From positions 806,001 to 870,000 of the forward strand of contig JAGIQG010000043.1 of assembly GCA_024679065.1 (NCBI GenBank): a DNA stretch of 64,000 nt. The letters are read 5' to 3'. The position numbers and the translations under genes are program-made. The notes beneath the pieces were generated by a model. It saw only the letters and a program-made list of their open reading frames with translations, was not told where the DNA came from and did not search any database. Origin of the DNA: Sphyrna mokarran. Its lineage: Eukaryota. Positions 23,250 to 34,289 of the stretch are shown here, piece after piece (position 1 is the first letter of the stretch; every line of letters starts with the position of its first letter).

Positions 23250-25015
23250 AATGAACAGTATAGAACAGGACCACGCCTGCACTGATCAGATTGGCCTATG
23301 TAGACCAACCAACTGTATCCCTCTCCCCGTCGGTTGATTATCCAGATACATCCTGATAGTGCATTCCAATCCTCCAACACCCTCTGTGTAAAGAACTTCC
23401 CTCGCACAATTGTACTGAACGTTTCCCTCTTACCTTGAACTTGTACCCCCTTGTAATTGTCCTGGTAAAAAGCGACTAACTTTTCACCTTAGAATTCCAT
23501 AATTTTATTTTAAATGATTATAATTTTAATTTTATAGACTTCTATCAGGTCGCGTGCCGTCCTCTGTCTTTCCAGCATCGGCAACATAGTTTGCCTGTGT
23601 GTTGTATTCATTCTGAAATTCCATAAATCGAGTCATAGAAATATACATCACAACAGGCTCTCAGGCCTATCACCTCCATTTCGACCTTAAACTGCAATGT
23701 CCCATTTGACAGTGTTTGGTCCATATCCACAAAAACTTTCTCATCCATCTGTCTGTACAGATGTCTTCTAAATGTTGTAATTGTGCTCGGCTGTACCATC
23801 TCCTGTGTCAGCTCATTCCATACATGTACGGCCCTCTGTATGTAAAAAGTTGCTCCTCAAGCCCCTTTTAAATATTTCCCCTCTCACTTCAACCTCTCCC
23901 CTCTAGTTTTGGACCACCCCCCGCCCCATCTTGAGGTAAAAATATTGGCTACTCACCATAGATATGGGCATCATGATATTATAAATTTCTAAAAGGTTAC
24001 CCCTCATCTCCTACGTTCATGAAGAATAAAAAGAAGTTCCAGCCTATCCAGTTTCTCATTTTTATTTTTTTTAACAGTTCCCAGTGTAATAGCATTTTTC
24101 TGATAGCAGACCGAATAGAATTATGCATAGTACTTCAAATATGGTCTTACCAATGTCTTGTAAAGTTGTAACATTGTGTTCCAACTCCTATACTCAATGC
24201 TCTGATTTTTTTAACACAATTTCGTTTTGAGATCTGCATCGCTCATTCAGAAAAGGTCATGTGAACGGATACAATAGGAATTTCGAAAATAAGTATTTGG
24301 CTAATATTTGATGAGGAATAGCTTTTAGGGCTATGAAATAAATAGTCCTTAGTCTATTTCTACATAACATTACGTCCCATCGCCTAAACTCAATGTTCTG
24401 ATTTTGTGAAGTTGTGACAATCAAAAGAAAAAAAAAACAAGCATGACCGATGGCCGATTAAATTCCTTCTGAGCACTATCTTTTCAATCTGTTGACAAAT
24501 TAGAAGTTTCTATAATGCTTTCACCATATCTAAGGAAGGAAGTGCTGGTCTTGGAAATGGTCCGGAGGAGGTTCACAAGAATTGTCCCTGGAACAAAGAG
24601 AATGGCGAACGACTCGGGACTCTGGGTCCAAACCCATTGGAGTTTGGAAGGACAAACAGAGAACTTATTGAAACTTATAGAATACTGTGAGGCCTGAACA
24701 GAGTGGTCCTGGAGAGGATGTTTCCACCACTGGGGAAAAAGTATAAGGGCACAAACTCAGACTAAAGGGAACACCCGTTAAAGCAGAGATGAGGAGGAAT
24801 TTCTTCAGTTAGATAGTGGTGAACCTGTGGAATTCTTTGCTGCAGAGGCTGTGGGCACTACATTGAACATTTAATGTCTGCAAGACAGAGGTAGATTGTT
24901 TCTTGGTTAATAACGGGACCCAGGGTTGTGGAGAATTGGGATGAGAAAAATATCAGCCACTGTTGAATGGCAGAGCAGATTCAATGAGCCAAGTCGCCTA
25001 ATTCTGTTCCTATGT
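23250..25015. mobile_element. Cluster of decayed CR1 3' fragments (23250-23575 -, 23630-24200 -, 24520-25015 +)
   Basis: RGKFFTQRV..WNAL, LEMVRRRFTRIVPG motifs and CR1 tails. Confidence 0.7.
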
Positions 25016-25290
25016 GGTCTTAGGGTCTTGTACATACTGAAACACTGTGAATATGGGACAACTGATAGTTCTGTGAATTAATAAATCTCAACGAACAAAC
25101 ACTGTGTCATCAATTCAATTTTCTGTTTTCATTCTCCACTATTCATCCCACCAGCTATGTTTAATTTTTCACATTTACCCCCTCCTTTGGTGAACCCACA
25201 TTTTTAACTGGGCCATGTTCCCTTTCATTAAACCTGGAAAAGAATGATTTGTTTGATGACAATTTCTAAGTGTTTTTTTTTTCTCTATAG

Positions 25291-25392
25291 ACTGGTGCAC
25301 ACAAATGGTTCCCATTGGAATTCCTATCCTGCTCATAATGATTCTACTGTTGATCCTTATTTCCATTTGGAGTTGTAAAAAAGGCAGATCAA
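25291..25392 (+). CDS. Gene A exon 4: transmembrane exon (DWCTQMVPIGIPILLIMILLLILISIWSCKKGRS)
   Basis: Long pyrimidine tract + tag| acceptor, A|gtgagg donor, 102 nt, phase 1-1; ~21 uncharged hydrophobic residues then basic stop-transfer. Confidence 0.9.
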
Positions 25393-25491
25393 GTGAGGAT
25401 TAATGATTATCACTTTAATACTTGACTCTCCAATACAATTTCCTCCTTGTGAATTTTAATTCGCTAACTATAGTTTTTTTTTGTATTTTAG

Positions 25492-25522
25492 AAGGCAGAA
25501 ACAAAGGATCCCGCAATGAAAC
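25492..25522 (+). CDS. Gene A exon 5: cytoplasmic mini-exon (KGRNKGSRNE)
   Basis: ttttag| acceptor, AC|gtgagt donor, 31 nt, phase 1-2. Confidence 0.75.
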
Positions 25523-25758
25523 GTGAGTAAGACAAATGTGTGCAAAGCTCATCATCATTCTTGTTTCTCTCTGTTTTATATTTGTCAAACCTGTTTCAAG
25601 CGGAAAACTGATTCCACTGATGTCGTGTCTCTATTTTCTACTATTTCTGCAAGGTTATTAGACAATCCTACTTTCAACAATGCGCAACACTTGAGAAAGG
25701 GTATCCGAAATCTAACATTAGTTTTGTGTTCTTTTTTCATATCCAATTTTCGATTCAG

Positions 25759-25799
25759 CGGGAGAAGGCAGCAAGAAGGATGTAAGGAGCGAAAAACGG
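25759..25799 (+). CDS. Gene A exon 6: cytoplasmic mini-exon (TGRRQQEGCKERKT)
   Basis: attcag| acceptor, G|gtaagt donor, 41 nt, phase 2-1. Confidence 0.75.
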
Positions 25800-26519
25800 G
25801 TAAGTTTCTTTGAAATATCCGTAGAGATTAAATGTCAGAATGAAATATAAACGTGGTGGAAGTTGATTGGTCGAGGCATTGCCTTGGAGAATGCACCAGT
25901 TGATTGGTAATGACAGTAAACTGTGAAGAAATGTTTGAAAGAAAAGATGAATATTGAGTATCACTGGGGGGAGGGGGTGGGGGGTGGAGGGGGGCATATT
26001 ATCGGGGCTATTGGCCTTGTATTCGTCAGTAAAAACAAGAATAACAAATTTAAGGGAAAAGATTGCACACGCTTTCTGAGAAGACAATGCCCCTGTTCGG
26101 CATATGGACACTGCTTTATTGTAATTTTTTTATGGAGAATGATGAAGTTAACTGATGATTTTGCGTTATGCACCTGCATTTGTTAATGTAGAAACAGAGA
26201 AACTAGAAGGAAGAGTGAACCATTCGATTATTTGAACCTGCTTTACTATTCATTTTGATCATGACTGATCATCAAATTCAGTGTGCTGATTCCCCCTTTC
26301 CCTATAAATCTTGATTCTTTTTGCTCCAAGTGTTATATATCATTTCTTCCTGAAATCAGACAACTTTTTGGTGTAACTAATTCCCGTGGCCATGTATCCC
26401 ACACATTTGCCAACCTCTAGGTGGAGGAATTTCTCTTCAACTCAGATGTACAAGATTTTTCCTGTATCTTCCAACTTTCACCCCTAGTTGTCTAGTGTCC
26501 CACCATCGCAAAAAAAAAA

Positions 26520-27450
26520 TCTTTCTGGAGAGAGTGCAGAGGAGGTTGACCAGGATGCTGCCTGGTATTGAAGGTCTGAATTATGAGGAGAAATTAGGCA
26601 AATTGGGACTGTTTTCCTCAGAAAGACGTAGACTTAGAGGAGATCTGATAGAGGTGTACAAGATTTTGAAGCGGATGGATAGAGTAAACAGGGTTAAGCT
26701 TTTTCCTAGGATGGACGAGGGGTCGCGGGCTTAGGGTGAGGTAGGTAAGATATAATTTGGATGCTAGAGGGAGTTTTTTCACACAGAGGGTGATGGGGGT
26801 ATGGAATGCACTGCCAAGTAAAGTGGTGGAGGCAGGTACTCTGGAGTTATTTAAGAAATACTTAGATGGGCACATGAACAGAATGGGAATGGAGGGGTAT
26901 AGAAAAACTGATTTAAAATAGGGATCATGAGCCTTGGGAGTCCCTGGGAAGTGTGTAAATAGATGATGATATTGATGTATTTGTTTTTATCCTACAGGTG
27001 CTTTTGTCCACTTTGTTGTCTAACGAGGGGCATACACGCGGTGGGTCGTGAGAGGACTGCTCTGAGAACTTTTTCCAGAGTATCCTACTGCTTCACGTTG
27101 TTAGTGTATGCTTGACCTGGACCATCTGATGGGCAACACGACAGCTCAGTGACTATCTCTGTGCTGTGCAGATACATGGATTTGGGCCTGTGTCTGTGGG
27201 AGTTTGCGCATTCTCCCCGTGCTTGCGTGGGTTTTCTCCGGGAGCTCCGGTTTCTCCCCACATCCCAAAGATGTGCTCTTAGGCTAATTGGCATAACAAA
27301 TTCTCCCTAAACTGTCTCAAATTTTGGTTTTTAATCCATAGATCTATAAACATGGACAGGGATCGCAGGTAGAGATGGGAACATCGGGGTGGCGGCGTGG
27401 GCTCGTTGGGCAGAACGGCCTGTTTCCTGCGCTGTTTTGTTCTTTGTTCT
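26520..27450 (+). mobile_element. CR1 3' fragment with long V-core-containing 3'UTR
   Basis: LERVQRRLTRMLPG..RRLRGDLIEVYKI ORF2 end runs directly into a ~550-bp UTR ending gttctttgttctt. Confidence 0.85.
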
Positions 27451-28710
27451 TGTACTCTCTAATCCTGCCAGTATATATATATATATATATATTTCTTTTT
27501 TGCAATCCCATCTCATTCATCTAAACTCCAGTGATTATAATCCTGGCCGATTTAGCCTCTCCTCATACAATATACATGACATCGCAGGAATCAGCTTGTT
27601 ATCGTTTGCCCTCTATTGCAAGGAGATCCATGCTCAGATAAAGTTGCCAAAATTGCATGCAACATTTCTCACAAAACGCCTTATAAAATAGCAGTAAAAC
27701 ATCCCAATTCCTATACACAAATTCCCTTTCCATGAATGCCAACATACTATTTGTCTCCTTTACTGCCTGCTGTAAAGCTAAAAAAAAAGGTTGTTTGATT
27801 GGTCAAAGCATTGGCCCAACAAATGAACCAGGGAATGGCTGCACCTTTCTTTGTTTAGCTGAATCAGATGCAATGTGTACACTTGCTATTTCTGTCCCCA
27901 ATGGGTATTTCTTAACGTCAACAAGTTCAACAATCACACTTGTATCTGTTATTTTCGTAAAAGGGAAAATCGCTAATATTAATAAAAGTAGTGGTATATC
28001 GGCTGGCCAACAGGCGATAAGTACTGGTATGAGATTGTCCTCATCCATCCATTGGCAACTCCGCACAGGATCATCCAAAATAGGAACAGGAAGTGCTCCA
28101 ATCTTGCTTTGGCATTCACTCTGAACATGGCCGACTACTAACTCAGTAGCCTGATCGCGCCTTCTCCCTCGATCTTTTGATCTCCTAAAATTACACTGCT
28201 ATATCTAAATGCCTCTGAATAATAGTGGAATATCTTTTGCGTTGGGCAAAAGTGAGTAGCTGTGTGATAATGATTATTAGCCTGTTAAATATATTGCGAC
28301 AACTCGGGGGCGCATTGGTTAGCACTACTGCCTCGCAAGATCAAGGATCCGCACGGTCGATTCCCGCCTTGATTCACTATCTCTGCCAAATCTTCATGAT
28401 CCCCCCGTGTGTTTCTCTCGGTTTCCTCCGTGTGCTCTGGTTTCCTCCAACAGACCGAAAGACATGGTAGTTAGATGCATTGATGATGCTAAATTGCCTC
28501 GCAGTGCATCGAAACAGGCGGCGGAGTCTATTGACGAGGGGACATTCACGGTAACATCATTGCTGTGTTAATGTTAGCCCACTGTGACACTCGAAATTAA
28601 CTTTAACCTTTTGGCATCCTAGTAGTCATTGACACCTGATGTTTCTATGCACTTACAGATTGTATAGTTTTAGTGGCACTTCAATTCATAGTTTAAACTT
28701 TAACACATAG

Positions 28711-28760
28711 GGGATCACCGTCAAACAGGGGCAAAGCTGAAAACTCAGCGTGGAACACAG
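28711..28760 (+). CDS. Gene A exon 7: cytoplasmic mini-exon (GDHRQTGAKLKTQRGTQ)
   Basis: acatag| acceptor, CAG|gtgagt donor, 50 nt, phase 1-0. Confidence 0.75.
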
Positions 28761-28871
28761 GTGAGTGCATAGAGCCTCTTGTAATAAAATGCATTCAAAT
28801 GAATTTTGGGGAAAGAAAAACAACCTATTGTCTTAACCATGTTGATTAATACTGTTGAATGTATTTCCCAG

Positions 28872-28949
28872 TCTGAGAGTGGACCTCTCTACGCTTCCCT
28901 GGATTTGGCTGTTTTGGAAGAAAAGTCAAAAAAGAAGAGACGAAAATGA
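28872..28949 (+). CDS. Gene A exon 8: terminal exon with ITIM-like motif (SESGPLYASLDLAVLEEKSKKKRRK*)
   Basis: ttcccag| acceptor, phase 0, TGA at 28947-28949; YASL motif as in inhibitory IgSF tails. Confidence 0.82.
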   Translation, partial: SESGPLYASLDLAVLEEKSKKKRRK

Positions 28950-29288
28950 GAATTGGGGTGTTTGTCTGTGATGTATGACACAGAAGACTAGAATTACCAA
29001 TGCATGCTCTGCCCTGTGGAAATCAACATGGGAGCAAGTACATCCCCGTCAAACAGCTAAATTTTCCGCGCATACTGGCCACAGATTAGAAAGACATTTG
29101 TCAAACGTGTAATGAGTTTTCTTCAGCATTGTGAAATATATTCTACCATATTAACGCTTTATTTTCAAGTGTGAAATGACACTGGAGAATCTCCCGTGTT
29201 TTATTTTCCCTACAGCTTCAATCCAGATTCTGTAACTCTTGTTACTGACAGGATTGTTATTTGTTTGAAGATTCATCTATGTAAATGA

Positions 29289-29294
29289 AATAAA
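29289..29294 (+). terminator. Probable polyadenylation signal of gene A
   Basis: First AATAAA ~340 nt after the stop codon. Confidence 0.55.
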
Positions 29295-29470
29295 TTATTC
29301 CTCGACTATAAAGCTGCACGAGAGATTTCTATTGACCAATTACTATGTTATAATTAAATACAAGCTGCGTGAAACTGGAAACATTTCTCATTTCAAATGT
29401 GAACCCGACGAGATTTGTGCCTGGTGCTTTTCTCTGCCTGAGCAGTGGGGGCTACTGTCTCACCTCGTCA

Positions 29471-29550
29471 GACCGCAGGCGGGAATCCCGGTGAAAAAGG
29501 CATGGGCAGAAAGTCGGGATTCCCGACTGGCGTGGGTGGTTTCGGGATTC
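29471..29550. promoter_or_regulatory. Putative promoter of paralog B: palindromic kB-like sites and a RUNX-like site
   Basis: GACCGCA 29471-29477; CGGGAATCCCG 29480-29490; AGTCGGGATTCCCGACT 29512-29528. Confidence 0.4.
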
Positions 29551-29610
29551 AAGAGAAGTGCCTTTCCTGTCACTCTTGGAATCTAACACAAAACAAGCAG
29601 CAGCCCAATA

Positions 29611-29656
29611 ATGATGCAAATAGCTTAACTAGGATGTTTTTAGTTTATTGGATAAG
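29611..29656 (+). pseudogene. Possible decayed leader exon of paralog B
   Basis: ATG to strong donor AG|gtaagt is 46 nt (phase 1): MMQIA*LGCF*FIG*; three stops, so tentative. Confidence 0.3.
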
Positions 29657-30557
29657 GTAAGTTCATTTATTAGTCACTGGAAGGATCACATTAACACATC
29701 AATGAAGCTAAGACAAAAAGCCCCGAATTGCCACACTCCAACGCCTGATCGGCTGCACTAAAGGAGAACTTGGCATGGCTAATATATCTAACAGACATGT
29801 CCTTAGGACTTTGGGAGGGAAGCGGAGCTCCTGAGGAAACCCATGGTGAAAAATCATGGTGAGATTATGTAAACTGCACAGATAGTGACACAAACTAGGA
29901 ATTAAACCTGACCCCAGATTAAACGGCCAAGTTATACTCAACTGCATTATTCCCAGACTTCACTCTAGTGTAATTTGGCGTCACTCTTGACAAGCAAGGG
30001 ACTCATAGTGAAACATTGGAGGGTGAGCAACAAAGATGAGAGTTAATTTTCAAGTCCTTTTGGCTTGCTTAGAGGACGGGTCTGATTAAAAGGGGTCAAC
30101 TATAGTTGCGTTGGAGGGAAGGGGATGACCATGGGGTTTTCCCTGTGATTGAGAAGTCTTCTTTTTTTTCCACTTCCTTTCCTTCCTTGAAGTGTTGCAG
30201 TGAACCAGATCGATATCACCCAGTGGTATATCAGAAGTGCTGGTTCCTTTCTGTGTCTGATCTGAACTCTGACCTTCTGGCACCATAGAAATCACGCACC
30301 AAGGTTATCTGGGCGACTTCATGCCTGGAACTGTTAACACAGGTCTCACAGCATGGCATAATCCTATCCTCATTCCAACACCGGCAACTCAGGCCAGCTC
30401 TGTCTCAAGTCCCTCACATTCAAGGAGTGTCCCTGACCCAGTACCCCTGTCCCTTCAAACCCTTTGTCAGTGTCGGAAGTTGGCACAGCCCAGAGCAATA
30501 AGCACAGCTTCCAACAAAGATTCACTCGCCCTTCTGTTGGGAATCTTCACACGTAAA

Positions 30558-31101
30558 GAAAACTGATTTAAAATAGGAATCATGAGCCTTTGGAGTCCCT
30601 GGGAAGTGTGTAAATAGATAATGAAATTGATGTACTTGTTTTTATCCTACAGGTGCTTTGGTCCACCTTGTTGTCTAACGAGGGGCATACACGCGATGTG
30701 TCATGAGAGGGCTGCTCTTGGATTTTTTTTTTCGACAGTATCCTCGTGCTTCACGTCGTTAGTGTACGCTTGAGCTGGACCATTTAATGGGCGAGACGAT
30801 CGCTCAGTAACTATCGCTGTGCTGTGCAGATACATGGACTTGGGCCTGTGTCTGTGGGAATTTGTGCATTCTCCCTGTTCTTGCGTGGGTTTTCTCCGGG
30901 TGTCCTGTTTCCTCCCACATCCCAAAGATGTGCTCTTAGGCTAACTGGCAAAACAAATTCTCCCTAAATTACCTTAAATTTGGTTATTAGATCTACAAAC
31001 ATGGACATGGATCGCGGGTATAGGTTGGAATATTGGGGTGGCGGCGCGGGCTCATTGGGCCGAAGGGCCCGTTTCCCGTGCTGCTTTGTTCTTTGTTCTT
31101 T
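30558..31101 (+). mobile_element. Isolated copy of the long CR1 3'UTR with V core
   Basis: Collinear with 26900-27450. Confidence 0.8.
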
Positions 31102-31134
31102 GTCATCATTTCCAGTGCATTTAATTATTCATGA

Positions 31135-31480
31135 GGAGGAGGTGGTCAGTGTTATTACCACAATCCTATTATTTCACAAAATCAACTCATGTTCTGGGGA
31201 CACAGGTTTAAATCCCACCAAGGCAGATAGTGGAATTTGAACTCAATAAAAAAAGTCTGACATTAATTCACTGATGATCATGAAACTGATTGTCAGGAAA
31301 ATCTAATCTGGTTTACTCATAACTATTAGGGAAGGAAATCTACCTTCCTCACCTGATCTGGCCTGCATGTGACTCCAGAACCATCACTATGTTCTAGGCG
31401 CTGAACTACTCTCAGTAGCTTCAGATGGGCAATAAATACTTGCTCTGCCCGTGACGCTGATGTCCCATGAATGAACAAAA
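31135..31480 (+). mobile_element. tRNA-derived SINE of a second family (SacSINE1-like)
   Basis: ggtttaaatcccacc B box, tagggaaggaaatct..ctggcctgcatgtgactccaga core, catgaatgaacaaaa tail; related copies ~13305-13620(-), ~45490-45780(+), ~40685-40800(-). Confidence 0.6.
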
Positions 31481-31513
31481 TAACTTGTCAACAGATCGAG
31501 GATCTCAGTCCCT

Positions 31514-32170
31514 TGTTCTGATTCAGGTCAGAAACTTCAAAATGTTTTATTAAGTTCGTCTGGACCAAGTTTTTAAGCTTGAATTTGTCTCAGATATCTT
31601 GAGATGTTTCACATCGGATGTAGTTTAAGTGACCCACTGGGGAGCTTTTACCAAACAAAGCTTATTTAAGAATAAAGTTAACATACACAGTAAGAAAATG
31701 ATCAAAAACATTTAACAATTACAAACAAAAGCAATATAACAAACATAATGAATAATCCTTAACTAATCTGTATCGGGTGTTCCAATCAAAAGCAATATGC
31801 AATAAGCAAACTGAATAGATGTATCACTGCACAGGCTAAAGCTTGCTTGATATTACAATCCCGTTCCCTCCATTGAATGCTGATTTCAAATGACCTTGAA
31901 AACTCTGAGCAGCATACAGTCATCAGCTCCCCCAACCTAGATTTTGACTATAGGATGGAAAACAAGGTACACCTTCAGTTAACTGGTAAAACTTCCAAAA
32001 TAAAAGAAAACAAAAAGGACGTTTCATCCTGCTATGTTCTAACACACAGCAGCTAAAACAAAATTTAAAACACTTGTCTTCTGACTGGCACACAGATATT
32101 TTTCTGCTGAGAAACATTAACTGTGAGAGCTGCCGAGATCATGATTTAAAAAGACAATTTATTTAAGGGA
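31514..32170 (-). mobile_element. Solo-LTR-like repeat (same family as 6885-7754)
   Basis: Reverse complement ends gtttctgacctgaatcagaaca. Confidence 0.5.
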
Positions 32171-33092
32171 TACTAACGTCAGCTGTCTTCTTGAATTGCT
32201 GCAGTCCATATTATATGGGCTGACCCACAATGCTTTTAGGCAGGATTTTCCAGGATTTTGACCCAGCGATTGTGACAGAGTATTTCCAAGTCAGGATGGT
32301 GAGTAGTTTGGAGGGAAAATTGTCGATAGTGGCTTTCCCATTTATCAGTTTCCCCTGTTCTTCTGGATGGAAGCGTTCATCGGCTTGGAGGATGCTGTTT
32401 AAGGACATTTGCAGTGCATCTTGTCGGTCATACACATTGCTGCTACTTAAAATCGGCGATGGAGGAAATGAATGTTTGCTGATATGGTGCCATTTAAGCG
32501 GGCTGCTTTGGGGCTGCAAAGGGACAGCATAGGCCGTAGTGCAAGAAGCAAAATAGGCAGATGGAATGTTAACAAATAAATAGTGACTAAGAAAGAAGCT
32601 ATGAAGTCTTTCATACTTACTCTTTCATACTAACCCACCATTACAGAGAGAGGAAAATTCAATAGGTATACCCAAAGTCTGGGAGAGAGCATTCCTTCAT
32701 TCGTAATATCTGCCGATTAGTGACAATTGTGAATAAGGAGCCTTGAAAGACTAATTAACTTGGAATGGTGCCAAGCTTATTAAATGTTGTTGGAGCTGCA
32801 CTCATCCAGGCAAGTGGGGAGTATTCCATTATACTCTTGACTTGTTCCTTTTAGATGGTGGATAAGCTTTGGGAAGACAGTGGGTGATTAACTTGCCACA
32901 ATATCCTTAGCCTCTGACATGCTTTGTTGCCGCTTTGTTTATGTGATGAGATCAGTTTTTGATCAATGTTAACTCCAAGAGTGTTGACAGTGGAGATTCA
33001 GTGATGGTTACCTCATTGGATGTAAAGGGGCATTGATTAGAGAGTCACTTAACAGTGACAGTCATTGCCTGGCATTTGTGCGGCACTTTCAG

Positions 33093-33426
33093 GTTTTGTA
33101 ACTCAGGCAGTTTTGTCCTAAAACCCGGCAATCCAGATTCTGTTGTTTGGAAGCATCTTCAAATTGCATTGTCACATGGACTGGTTGGCAGGAAGAATTA
33201 TCCATGACATAAACAATGGCAACTGGTTAGCACCGTGACACACACACACACAAAAACAACCCTTCAAACGGGAGATTTTCTGTAGAAGGTAATGACAAGT
33301 TTCTCCTCTATTCCCTAATCATCGCGGAAGTCCAGTGCAATGATTCAGGGCTGTATTATTGTGCAGCTAAGCAGTTCTGTGGAATGTCTTCTACGTTTGC
33401 AAACAGGTCCACATTGCTCATTACAG
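33093..33426 (+). pseudogene. Paralog B V exon (VJ-type), pseudogenised
   Basis: ttcag| FVTQAVLS*NPAIQILLFGSIFKLHC..(TGA CAT AAA CAA = decayed WYKQ)..GRFSVEGNDKFLLYSLIIAEVQCNDSGLYYCAAKQFCGMSSTFANRSTLLITG; stops and frameshifts. Confidence 0.88.
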
Positions 33427-33522
33427 GGTAAAAAAAAAAGATGTTCGCAATTGCATCATGAATAACCAGGAAATATATGTTCAATCTTGTCTGAATATTA
33501 CCCTTCCACCACTCCGTGACAG

Positions 33523-33867
33523 ACGGATAATATTCAGACGCGATTTATCCACGTCTGAATATGGATAAATATTCATATATGGACATGAATCATCTCCCTC
33601 TTAACTCTGCCACTGGTCGAAATTATCCCTTTGGTGTGTTTGATGGAGTGCGGATCCTGATCACTTTGCCATCCAGTGGGATGTTTCTGGTCAGTTATGG
33701 AGGCAGGATTGGTTCTGGTGCAATCGATTCAGATGGAAATATACAACCGGGGGTTACATGTTCTTCCTGACGGAATCTTGCTGCAGCGAGCTTGGTTTTC
33801 TGTGCAATTCAAATCAAGTCCACTCTACATCTATATCAACAAGATGTAGATATTACCTCTAAATCAG
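33523..33867 (+). pseudogene. Paralog B C1 exon, pseudogenised
   Basis: IIPLVCLM / ADPDHFAIQWDVSGQ / GRIGSGAIDSDGN / FCAIQI across frameshifts aligns to gene A TVPLVCLV..IAVFWNISG..GSSDPGTIEEDGT..CIVQM; similar short (~95 nt) V-C intron. Confidence 0.8.
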
Positions 33868-34289
33868 CAAATTTACTTATCCAACATTCAGCCCCCTCTT
33901 CCAAGTCACTGATGTGAAAAAATAAACGTTGCGAACAAATTGCTAAAAATATAAGGAATATGCTAATATCTACCTCTCTCAGATGTTGTCCTTAAATCCC
34001 TTCAACACAATCACGGAAGTTATTCAGTCCATTTTGTCAGCTTTTTGAAAGAGGTATTCACGTGACATCATCACATTTTCCATGTTTGTTTTTATTTTCC
34101 AGTTTTGCAATTCCTACTGCATGTTGGGAAGTAGGTTTTGTGGATGTGAGAAAATATAAGCAGCAAACCACCGAGGAAAAAGAAGCAATCACATTTATAA
34201 AAATCCACGTGTAGACAGGCGTATCCGGTCGCACACTCACAATCTCTCTTTTAGACATTCGCAGGCACTCTCTCATCCAAGCACTAAAA

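Noticed and set aside
25023-25049. Reverse RSS-like GGGTCTTGT-11-CACTGTG
   Set aside because: 11-nt spacer, two nonamer mismatches, no adjacent coding segment
27803-28078. Minus ORF with TM-like IPLLLLILAIFPF
   Set aside because: No convincing splice sites or partner exons; antisense within a gene A intron
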